Positions 12,013 to 23,178 of a DNA stretch of 64,000 nucleotides are shown here, in pieces (position 1 is the first letter of the stretch; every line of letters begins with the position of its first letter). The DNA is taken from contig NIVC01000827.1 of assembly GCA_002269645.1 (NCBI GenBank), forward strand, positions 248,001 to 312,000, written 5' to 3'. Source of the DNA: Macrostomum lignano. Taxonomy: Eukaryota. The translations under genes were made by a program, and so were the position numbers. The notes below the pieces were generated by a model. That model was given only the letters and a program-made list of their open reading frames with translations. It searched no databases and was not told where the DNA came from.

Positions 12013-13969
12013 GAAGAGACAGGTCGAAGTTTTCATTTTTTCACCACAAAAATTGTTATTGATTTTGATAGGATGTTAATTTATTATTCTACGTACAATT
12101 GTACATGTCCAGCTGTGTGACGTGTGTCTAAAAACCATAAATGGCTCAGATATATAGATCGATCTGCATCTAATTGCCGACTGTGTAGCAATTTGTGTAA
12201 CAGAGAGATGATAACATTTTAGAATGATTGACTGTCGACCAAGAGCGCCTAAGCATCCGCATGTACATGTACTGCAACATGCCATAGCCGTAACATATGT
12301 TACATCATATATGTACTGCGCAGTATCAGTACCCGGAAGCCTGCACAATGCAGCAGTTTAATTGATTAATCAAATGTGCGCGCATACATACATACATCGT
12401 TTGCGTTTGCTCCTGGCATTGTTTGCTATTGCTACCTGCCTCCTAAGTGTGAGTCAGTCATTATAATTAATCGACTCAGCAACTCATGTACGAAGTATAT
12501 GTACGACATGCCTCATGCATCGCATGCATCATGTCTATCTTATGTCCTCACATATACACCTTAAGTCTTAGCAAGATCGTAGATTTTTTAAAGAAAATTT
12601 TCTTATAACTAAGCTTTAATAGACTTTTGATTTACTGAATAGTATTGTGTCGACTAAGCCATCTGCCATCAGAATTCAAAAAAGTTTTGCGCTGATTTCA
12701 CAATCGATGGTGGTGGTGGTGGTGGTGGTGGTGGTAGTAAGGTAATGTAATGCAATGCGTGCAATCGGATGGCATGGTGTGGCACACGATTGCCAGATTT
12801 ACCTAGTAGCTGATTATTAAAGACAACAATGCCAGTTGCCAATCTGAAGCAGGCTATTGAATAAATGCAGAAAATTAGGCCTAGCAGTGTCTCCATGCAG
12901 CATGACCTATGTTTGATTTTCATTAAGTTCTCATATTCAAAGTATAGCCTTATCTAAGACCTTATCTAATGGTTCCTGTGAAAGAGTTTTTTAATATGTC
13001 ACATTTGTAATATAGGCCTATTTGCACTTTTTTGGCCCTAATCAGAGAATTTTCTCTGGCCTTTCATGTTCTTGCATTTCGTTTCACGTCATTCATAGGG
13101 CCTAACTTGTATGTTTTTAAAGGAAAAAACAACATTCGTTTTTATCTACCTATTTTTATCTTTTTATTTGTATTGGCTCATTGACATTGGAGTTTCTACC
13201 TAGTCCCTAAAGTATTCGTCACTGATCAATCATTTTAGCCCAAAAAATTTTTTTCAAATAAATTGTGTAGGCCCTAATCTATAGGCCTAGGCCTATTTAT
13301 AGGCCCAAACTTTTTAATTTTAGTTTTTGTTTTGTCTAGTAGGCCCTATGCCATTTTAGCTTTTATTCCTTAAGCCTAGGCCCCTCTCCTTAGGCCTTAT
13401 TTCAAAACTATATAACACTAAACTAGGCCTTTGTGTTTTAAATTTCCTTACTTAATTAATATACTTTTATTTATGCTACAATTCATATAGGCACTATGCT
13501 ATATTTCAAATTCAAATATTTGACCAACAATTGAAATGTCAAAATTGTTTTAATTATGACTGAGATTCAATATACATTATAATTATTGCAATGTATATTG
13601 TTCTTAGATAAGTAGGCCTAGTAAATGAAGTTCCTTAGAAAGGTTTAAATTACCATGGTTTTAAAAGGAATAACAGGAAGGATTATAGTATTGGGAAGAG
13701 TTTGGGTAAATTAAATTTAAATAGATACTACAAGCTGTTGAAACCCGCGGATTTTGAACCCGGGGAATTTTAATCCCTGGAACTATTTTTGCATGTACTC
13801 GTATTTTCTAAAATCTGAGGTCAAACTCAAACAAAAACTCGTTAATATATAGTTAGGTTAGAATTTAACATAAAATAGAGTACATTTGTGAAAAATTAGG
13901 ATTTGAGGCAAACATTTATATTGTTGGCTGGGGTGCTGCGAACAGGCAAACTCTGGCCTCTGCCTCTCC

Positions 13970-14304
13970 TTATGTCCCTTGGATTCTTAGAAACTTCGAC
14001 CTTCTCTTCTGTTTCCTCTCCCTCTCTTGTCTCTGTCTCTTCTCTCTCTCTCTCTCTCTCTTCTATCCCCTATTCTCTCATCTATTCTCTCTTCCTTCTA
14101 TTTTTTTATCCCTCCTCTCCTCCCTCCTCTCTACTCTCTCCTCTCATCTCTTCTCTTCTTTCCTCTTTCCTCTCTCCTCTCTTCTATTGTCTCTTCCCTC
14201 ACCTCTCTTCTCTCTTGTCTTTGCTCTCTTATCTATCTCTTCTTTTATCTTTTCTCTCTTCTCTCTTCTCATTCTTTCTGCATGTTTTCTCCTCTCTCTT
14301 TCCT

Positions 14305-14364
<60 letters not shown>

Positions 14365-15430
14365 CTCTTATCTCTCTGCTCTCTCCTGTCCCATATCTCT
14401 TTCTCCTCTAATCTCTCCCCTGTTTCCTCTCCTCTCTCATCCTTTCTCCTCTTTCCCCTGTCCTCTCGGTTTCTCCCCTCCCCTCCTCTCTCCTCACTCA
14501 CTTCTCTCTCTCTGTCTCACCTCTCATCTCTTATTTCTATCTTTTTTTTCTTTTCACTCTCCCATCTCTCGTCTGTTCACTCTCATCTCTGGTCTCTCAT
14601 CCCCCTCTCTCATCTGCCATCTTTACTCACTTATACTTGTATGTTTTCTCACCTCTCTTATCTGTACTCTTCTCTTTCCCCTCTTTTGACTCCTCTCTTT
14701 CCTTTCTCCTTTTTTCCTTCTCTTCTCTTCCCTCTTCTATTCTCTCCCTCTCTTGTCTTCTCTCTTCTTTCTTCACTCTCCTCTCTCCTCTCATATATCG
14801 CGTTCACTCTCATCTTTGCTCTCTACCCCCTTTCTCTTCTGTCATCTTTACTCTCCACTCTCCTGTGTACTCTTCTCTTTCCCATCTACTGAATCCTCTC
14901 TTCTTACTCCTCTTCTCTTCCCTCTTCTATACTCTCTCCCCTCTATTCTCTTCTCTTGTCTCTTTGCACTCTGCTCTCTCTTCCTTCATCTCTCATCTCT
15001 ACTCTCTCATCTCCACAATCTCATCTTTCCTCTCTCCTCTTCTTCCCTTTACTCTATCATTTCTCCTTTCTCCTCTCTTCTTTCTCAACTCTCTCTCTCT
15101 CTCTCTCTCTCTCATCTCTTATCTCCTCTCTTCTCACTCCTCTCTCCCTCTCTCTCCCCTCCTATCTCCTCTCTGTTCTCTATTCTCTATTCTCTTCTCA
15201 CTCTTCTCTACTCTCCTCTCTCATCGATCCTCTGTCTCATCTCTCCCCTCTTCTCTCTTCCTCTTCTCACCTCTACTCTTTCCTCTCCCTCCTGTCTCCC
15301 TTCCTCTCGCTTCCTCCTCCCATATTCTCTGCTCTCTCCTCATCTTCACCCCACTTGTCTCTCCTGTTATCTTATATCTTTTCTCTTACCCCCCTCTCGC
15401 CCTTCCTCTCTTTCTAATAGTCTATTCCTT
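13970..15430. repeat. Degenerate CT-rich (polypyrimidine) low-complexity tract
   Basis: Direct reading. The L/S/F-rich ORFs here are compositional artefacts. Confidence 0.95.
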
Positions 15431-16089
15431 TTCTTTTTCACTCTCATCTGGCCCGCAGCCATGAGTTGGATTCTTTATCTGGCCTTTGAGTTAAAAATCT
15501 ACTGATCCCTGCTTCGAAAGCCAGTTTGTGGGACGTAGTACTATCATGGTTATCATTTCTCATGCTTTAATCACGTCACCTTTCTCGCCAATTAGCAGCC
15601 CTGAGAGGAATTTGTGTATCTCCAGCTACACTACCACAGTCTGCACTCTGCAGTAGTCTAACAACCAAGGAAATGCGCATTTCTTAGGAGTCATTTAAAA
15701 TTTAAAGTTACCCTATGCGAAACTTAATGTTAAAAGCTTCATGGTGTAACTAATTTAGTAGGATTGCATTGTAATAAGTTATTCATTAATTTTTCGCTAT
15801 TTTTACAAACCATCCTGCATTGCCTTGATTTGCCTATTTGCCATCCACTATTAAACTGCTGCAGACTTGTCTATACAGAGGACAGTGGTTTGAATCTCTC
15901 GCTGAAACTGTCTCTCCTCTCCACGCCTCTCCACTCGCGGGGTTGCAGAGAAGGCTATTAAAAGTTATTCCAAAACACTGTACGTTGCCATGTACATTCA
16001 GCCCTATCGCCTGACCCTTCGTCTGGGCTGGGGGAATGAGTGAGTGAGTGGCACAAACAACAGAAAAAGCAGACAAACTTCACATGCTT

Positions 16090-16677
16090 ACAGTTTCTGT
16101 CCTGATTGAGATACAGAGTTGAGACTTTATATTTAGACAGAGAATGAGTCAATGAAGAATTGTGTCAAGTTTGAAGTCAATCGCTTCACGTGGAGCAAAC
16201 TTATGGCAGCCAAAAGTTAGTCATTTTAAACCCCTTTTTCACATCTGGGCCCAGATCGGGAGAGGCAGGCGGGCGGAGGTTGGGGTGGCTGCCACGCTGA
16301 AAAAAAGAGCCTAACTTTAAAAGTGCACAGCGGCTTTCAGGATTAACTTTGAGATTTGAAATTTTACATGATTGTGTCAAAATAGTTGAAAATTGCCTGT
16401 GTCAAATTTGAAGAGAATTGGTAGAAGTGGAGCGGCGCTATGGAGGATTTAGTGAAAAAATCGCGCATTTTGAGCAGTTTTTTGCACTTTTAGGTGGGAA
16501 GACTCAAATTTAGGAAATTTTAAGGTAGCCTAAGACATTCTCCGTAGTAAGTTTAGGGTGGGTGTAAAGTTAGGTGTAATTTGGTTGAGCGGTTTGGGAG
16601 TCCATAGCAATCAAAATTGTCCACATACAGACACACACACAGACACACAGAGTTTTGATTTTTATAGGTATAGATTA
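16090..16677 (+). mobile_element. Possible short non-autonomous Helitron/DINE-like element
   Basis: Contains GTCAAGTTTGAAG/GTCAAATTTGAAG motifs and ends in an (AC)-rich tract followed by TTTTATAGGTATAGAT, resembling invertebrate Helitron-derived short elements. No coding evidence. Confidence 0.3.
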
Positions 16678-17832
16678 TATATTATTGCAGACCAACATAA
16701 TAATTAAAAGAAAAATTATAATTTATATTATATTTTTATATTAACTTGCATTATATAAAATTATAAAAACTATTAAAGCAATTATAATTTTTTCCAACAT
16801 TTTTTCAACTAGTGCAAGTGGCAAAATGTCTAACTAAGAGAGAAATTACAAAAATGCTAGGCTCTAACCAAAAAATTGATGAAAAAAAGAACAAAGCAAA
16901 AAGGAAAAACAAGGGAAAAAAAGAAAATATAGGAAAAAAACAAAACAAAGACCATGTTGTAACCCACACTCTAGATCATATAATATATGTCTAAAAATTT
17001 GGTCATGCATAGTTGGCATGCATAACTTTTAAGAAAATAGTGTATGTGCATACTTAGCCTGCACTTCATAGAATCAGGCAGAAAAGTTAGTGTTAAGTTG
17101 GAAAAAGATTGAAAATTTTTATATTTTAGCATAAATTTTAAACTTTCCAGCTTCTAAGCTCATTAATAATACATTAAAACAAAATTTTGTATATTAATTT
17201 TCTGCTATAAATAGTGTAGACAAAAATGATAAATAATCAACCAAATTATCAGCCACAAAGGGTCCTTTATGCAATGCAAAAAAGTCATTTTTTGTTCCAA
17301 CATTGGCCTAGATTTTGAGTGTGGATGTAAACAAAATTTTTTTTGGTGTGCTTTTGCAACTCTTCAATTTTTGTTTGGGCATGCATCCACCATAATCTAG
17401 ACTATAGGTTGTAACCAAGAACAACTAAGTTGCAACTAGAGATAGCTAGGCTAAGTTCTAACCAGAGGCAACTTAGGGGGTGGGGTATGCAGTCCCCTAA
17501 GTTTGGGGGTTGTACATATGAATCCCCTTATATATATGAAAGGAATATGCAAATAGGAGTAAAAGGTATATGTGGAAAACACCTTTAGAGTTCAATTTAA
17601 GAATAAATTATATTATATAACTAGATTTAAAAATATTTAGTTGTATGGATATTAACTAAAAGTTCATTGAAGCAAAAATATTGCCATGATCATTTTCTGA
17701 GGATACAATATTATATAACTTATCAATTTTCACCAAAAATTTCTAAGAATTTTGTGTTTTGTCATGACTTGAAATAGTTTAGCTTGCTTATTTATTACAG
17801 CTTTTATATCAAAGCTTATTCAACTGAAATTC

Positions 17833-19436
17833 ATGTCATCTTGTCGTCAAAACTATGCACCAGAGTGTGAGGTGTCTTTGAACAAGCAGATCAATGTTCA
17901 GCTTTACACAGCCTATGCCTACACTGGTTTAGCTTGGCATTGCAATCGTTCAGACATTGCTCTGCCTGGCTTGCACAAATTTTTCCAAATCAGAGCCAAT
18001 GCAAGTCGGCAACAAGCTAAACGCCTGATGGCCTATCAGACTGTGAGGGGAGGCCAGTTGATTCTAGCTGATATTGGCAAACCTCCTGCTCCCGTCACAG
18101 TCTCCAGCACTGCAGTGGGATTACAGTTGGTACAGCAGGCATTAGAAATGGAGAAGACTGTAAATGCTGCTCTGTTGCAGTTGCACTCCATTGGCGATTC
18201 TGCTGGTGATGCACATTTTCTGGTGAGAATTATTTTAATACAATTTATATTATTAAATTTTAAATTGCTTTGCTTTATGCCAGCATTGTTAGTCTGGTGT
18301 TGGATTATATGTCTGGTGGTTTGATACTTAGTGTAATGCCTAGATAATCATTCTGGTGTCTGGATAACTAGTCTGGTGCCTGGATAATCAGTGTAGTGCC
18401 TGGATTATTAGTCTGGTACCTGGATAATCAGTCTGGTGCCTGGATAATTAGTCTGGTGCCTGGATTATTAGTCTGGTACCTGGATAATCAGTCTGGTGCC
18501 TGGATAATTAGTCTGGTGCCTGGATAATCAGTCTGGTGCCTGGATAATTAGTCTGGTGCCTGGATAATCAGTCTGGTGCCTGGATAATCAGTGTAGTGCC
18601 TGGATAATCAGTTTAGCGCCTGGATAATCAATATAGTGCCTGGATAATCAGTGTAGTGCTTGGATAATTAGTCTGGTGCCTCGATAATCAGTTTAGTGCC
18701 TGGATAATCAGTTTAGCGCCTGGATAATCAATATAGTGCCTGCAGATAATCAGTGTAGTGCTTGGATAATTAGTCTGGTGCCTCGATAATCAATTTAGTG
18801 CCTGGTTAATCAGTCTGGTGCCTGGATAATCAGTGTAGCGCCTGGATAATCAATATAGTGCCTGGATAATCAGTCTGGTGCCTGGATAATCAGTGTAGTG
18901 CCTGGATAATCAGTGTAGTGCCTGGATAATCAGTGTAGTGCCTGGATAATCAGTCTGGTGCCTGGATAATCAGTGTAGTGCCTGGATAATCAGTGTAGTG
19001 CCTGGATAATCAGTCTGGTGCCTAAATAATCAATCTCGTTCCAGGATAATTAGTGCCTGGATAATCAATATGGTGCATGGATTAATTATATGGTTCCTGG
19101 ATTATTAAAATGGTGCCTCGATTATTAATGCGGTGCCTGGATAATAGTCTGGTGCCTGGATAATCAGTCTGGTACCTGAAGTATAATTATGGAACCTTTA
19201 TTTTTAGTCAGTGCCTAAGATTTAATACGTCTGGCACATAAAAGAGCCCACTTTCTAAATACAAACTCCAGTTTCTCACAACTCCCCAGGACTTCATCGA
19301 AGGTGAGTGCCTGGATGCCCAGGCCAGCTGTCTGAAGCGCCTGTCCGACCTGGCCTCCCAGCTGGCCCAGTGCGGCCAGGGTCTTGGCGAGTTTGCTTTC
19401 GATCGCGAGCTGCTGCATGATCAATCTGATTGTTGA
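17833..19436 (+). CDS. Ferritin-family protein, 178 aa, 2 exons (17833-18222, 19290-19436), ferroxidase centre degenerate
   Basis: Exon 1 reads MSSCRQNYAPECEVSLNKQINVQLY...RGG...ALEMEKTVNAALLQLH..GDAHFL, then CTG|GTGAG. After CCCCAG| exon 2 reads DFIEGECLDAQASCLKRLSDL..LGEFAFDRELL. Both are colinear with animal ferritins. Confidence 0.93.
18350..19180. repeat. 20-bp minisatellite (GTGCCTGGATAATCAGTCTG) in the ferritin intron
   Basis: About 40 tandem units, read directly. Confidence 0.95.
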
Positions 19437-19759
19437 TTTCATTTGTCTGAGGGCTTTCCTCAGGCCAAAGCAGATTTATTGTCATATTCATGAGGAGCTT
19501 TTTAGTTAGGATATATAAACAGCTAGTGCAATTGTGAATCAAGTTAATCCTATATTGTCTGATAATTATTTGTTAATCTAATTGTTAACGCAGCTCTTTA
19601 GCTAGTATAATTTACTGATTTACTAATAAAGTATTGCGTAATCAAAGCCTCTGGCGCAAATTATTGCGAAATTTAACTTTATTTTTACTTAGAGTAGTTT
19701 GCTAAACTGTTTTGTGTTTGTAAAACTTGTTGAAGCTGAAATGCTGAGGTTTAAGCCCT

Positions 19760-20115
19760 AGATAGTCCTCCATCCCTAGATATTCCCTGATCCCTAGATA
19801 GATAGTCTATGATCCCTAGATAGTCCCTAATCCCCAGATATTCCCTGCTCCCTAGATATTCCCTGATCCCTAGATAGATAGTCTATGATCCCTAGATAGT
19901 CCCTGATCCCCAGATATTCCCTGCTCCCTAGATAGTCCATGATACCTAGATAGTCCCCCATCCCTAGATCCCCATCCCTTGATAGTCCCTGATCCTTAGA
20001 TTGTCACTAATCCCTAGATATTCCCTGATCCCTAGGTTTTCCCTAATCCATAAATAATCCCTGATCCCTAGAAAACCCCCCATCCTATTTATAATCCCCA
20101 TCCCCTTCGTAATCC
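19760..20115. repeat. Degenerate minisatellite (ATCCCTAGATATTCCCTG-like)
   Basis: Tandem units read directly, upstream of an acceptor-like CCCCGCAG at 20174-20181. Confidence 0.85.
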
Positions 20116-20183
20116 CCCGTTACCTAGCTGGTCCACAGCATGTATTTTCCAGTCCTTGGATAATATCCCAGATCCCCGCAGCC

Positions 20184-21632
20184 ATGCACCGCCTGCCAGC
20201 GCCAGCGCCGCCATCCGCCGCTCTGCTCAGCGACGACTCAAACAGCCAGCCGCCTGTCGACCAGCGCCAGACAATGGGATTTGGCGTGCCGGACCAGCTG
20301 CCGCGGGCAGCAGCAGCAGAGGCAGCGGCAGGGGTACCGGCCGATGCTGACATCAGCAACGACACCGATGCCTCCGCAGGCGCCGGCAGCAGCGGAGGAC
20401 TCTACTCGGCACACATCAACGAGGAAGTGTCCAGGGCGAAGCTGCGCGACACAATGCTGAGAATGCTGCGCAGGAGCGACATCCTGATTGCCGCTGCCGA
20501 GTCGCAGCTCAAACAGGTGAGAGAGTGCGGCTTATCGAGCTGGAGTAAAATTTTCAGATCCTTTCTGTAGCAGCTTTTTTAGGGGATCATTCGAAATCCA
20601 GATCTCAGATCCCGTGAGATTCTTCGCCCAATCGCCCGATTATTTCATTTAGGCCCTCTTAGATTCCCTAATCAGATCCCACCATTTCCCACTCTCGGAC
20701 ACCCCTCAGATTCCCCTCTTCGTTCCCTTTCAGATTCCCTTCTTGAATCCCTTCAGATTCCCCTCATATCCTCTCAGATCTCCTCAAATTCCCCTTTTAT
20801 ATCCTCTCAGATTCCCCTCTGATATCCTCTCAGATCTCAGATTCATTCAGATTCCCCTCTCAGATCTCAGATTCCCCTCTCATCTTCTCAGATCTCCTCA
20901 GATTCCCCTCATCTTCTCAGATCTCAGATTCCCCTCTCATCTTCTCAGATCTCAGATTCACCTCTCATCTTCTCAGATCTCCTCAGATTCCCCTCTCATC
21001 TTCTCAGATCTCCTCACATTCCCCTCTCATCTTCTCAGATCTCCCCAGATTCCCCTCGGGGATCTCCCCAGATTCCCCTCGGGGATCTCCCCAGATTCCC
21101 CTCTCATATCCCGTCATATCTCCTCAGCTTCCGCTCTCATCTTCTCAGATCTACTCAGATTCCTCTCTCAGAATCTTTCAAATTCTCCTTTAAGATCCAT
21201 TCAGCTTCCCCTCTGAGATCCCTTCATATTCCTACAGATTCCCCCCGGAATCTACTCAGACTCCCCTCTGGGATCTCCTCAGATTCCCCTATTGAATTCC
21301 TTCAGATTCCTCTCTCAGAACCCTTCAGATTCCCCTCCAGGATCTCCTCAGATTCCCCGCTCCCCGCACCTCCTGCCCAGGTGTGCCGGCAGATCGAGCT
21401 AGAGCGGGTCCGGTTCGACCGGGCCTGCTACAGGTCGCAGCGGTCATTCCGGTACACGCTGCGCCTGAGAATGGCGGTGCTGGAGGGCATGTGCAACATG
21501 CTCAGGGAGTACGCCACCACCAAGATGACGGAGAGGAATAACTTTGCCGCGATTGTTCGCGCGATGGAGCTGGAGATGGCGGGTGGCGACCTGCCCTCGC
21601 CATTTTATCACCGAGGAGGCGGCGATCCTTGA
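20184..21632 (+). CDS. Uncharacterised protein (~194 aa), exons 20184-20516 and 21381-21632; may have an upstream exon
   Basis: GC-rich codon-like exons with CAG|GTGAG donor and CCCAG| acceptor, both phase 0. Ala-rich N-terminus, then a helical segment KLRDTMLRMLRRSDILIAAAESQLKQ-VCRQIELERVRFDRACYRSQRSFRYTLRLRMAVLEGMCNMLREYA. Confidence 0.7.
20640..21360. repeat. Intronic minisatellite (TCAGATTCCCCTC-like)
   Basis: Degenerate tandem units fill the intron up to the acceptor. Confidence 0.9.
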
Positions 21633-22479
21633 GCCAGCGTCCAGTAGCGTGCTCAAACTTGAAGTGGTGTTTTTTGTTCGTTCGTTTGTTTGTTTTGTCT
21701 TGTTCGCCGCGGCAGTTGAAGGTTCCTATACCCTTACACATCAGTGTTTGAGGCTCAATAAGCCTGCTGCTCTGGTGTGCTCAAATTTTAGTGCTGATTA
21801 TTCGTCAAGTTCTCTTGTTTTTTTCCAGTTGCCAGTATTTCCTGTTGAGCTTCGTCTGCTCAAATAAAACACGCAGAATTGCAAGTCTTTGTGCCTGACT
21901 CAGTTCTTTGTCCGTGTACAATGTCCCCCATAATGCGATTAGAAATTTGGAGCAAAGCTCTCTTACTTGTCCCATTATGTCTACACATCCCATCTACCTG
22001 CATTAAATATCTACATTGAAATTATATGCATATATTACTCTACAAATTCTCAGTCAGTAGTATATTTGTCGCATTTTTTCTTATATTGCTGTCTCTACCA
22101 AAGTGTAAGCTTATTCAAATTGTGCAATATTATTATTGTTGTTTGATAAAATTATTAACTTACTATTCCAACCCAGTGCATTCAGACTTAACCTGTATAT
22201 TGTGTGTAAATTCAGTGCTTTGTCCACTCCTAACACTTCTTTCATTCAAAATTATCTGCAGAATTAAAAGTCTCACAGCCAGCCTTGAAATTCTTTCTGT
22301 CAGTTTTTTTGCAAATAAATAATTGGACAAAATTTTTCTTAAAAAAAAACACGAAGTTTTTTTGTTGCAATTTGCAGTATTAAATAGTTGGTGTTGAAGA
22401 ATTTGTTATTTATGTTGACCTATAGTATTATTGGTGCAATTGTGGGGCTCTTTGAGAGGGGCAGGTCTCAGTGGGAGAT

Positions 22480-23005
22480 TATCGTTAGAGATGAGTAGAT
22501 CTCATGAGAGATTATACTTTGAAATGAGCTAGTCTCATGAGATATTTATTATCCTTTAAAATGAGCAAATCTCATGAGAGATTATCCTTTGATATGAGCA
22601 AATCTCATGGGAGATTATCCTTTGGGATGAGCAAATCTCATGAGAGATTATCCTTTGATATGAGCAAATCTCATGGGAGATTATCCTTTGGGATGAGTAA
22701 ATCTCATGAGAGATTATCCTTTGGTATGAGCAAATCTCATGAGAGATTATCCTTTGGTATGAGCAAATCTCATGGGAGATTATCCTTTGGGATGAGTAAA
22801 TCTCATGAGAGATTATCCTTTGGTATGAGCAAATCTCATGAGAGATTATCCTTTGGTATGAGCAAATCTCATGAGAGATTATCCTTTGGTATGAGCAAAT
22901 CTCATGAGAGATTATCCTTTGGTATGAGCAAATCTCATGTGAGATTATCATTTGGGATGAGCAAATCTCATGAGAGATTATCATTTGGGATGAGCAAGTC
23001 TCATA
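22480..23005. repeat. 33-bp minisatellite (ATGAGCAAATCTCATGAGAGATTATCCTTTGGT)
   Basis: About 15 units. The MSKSHERLSFG ORF is a by-product of the 33-bp period. Confidence 0.95.
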
Positions 23006-23178
23006 ATCCCGTATCTCGTGTCTCGGGGGTGATTGCACCTAATATTTTGCGCATTTTGCTATTAATAACGGAGCAGACAAGCATCGAACAGTTATTCCCA
23101 CGTTTTTGCATGCTTCCCCGCAGCATCCCATTGTGACAGTAATCAGACAAACGCATCAGTCAGAGCCGCAGCAGCAGC

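Noticed and set aside
13903-15505. Long L/S/F-rich ORFs resembling membrane proteins
   Set aside because: They are translations of a CT-rich low-complexity tract that lacks stop codons by composition.
17740-17832. Iron-responsive element upstream of ferritin
   Set aside because: No CAGUGN loop with a C-bulged stem is visible. A 5' UTR exon further upstream cannot be excluded.
22537-23136. 199-aa MSKSHERLSFG repeat ORF
   Set aside because: A 33-bp minisatellite is open by periodicity. There is no signal peptide, splice context or evidence of synonymous bias (E/G, D/G and E/V changes occur).
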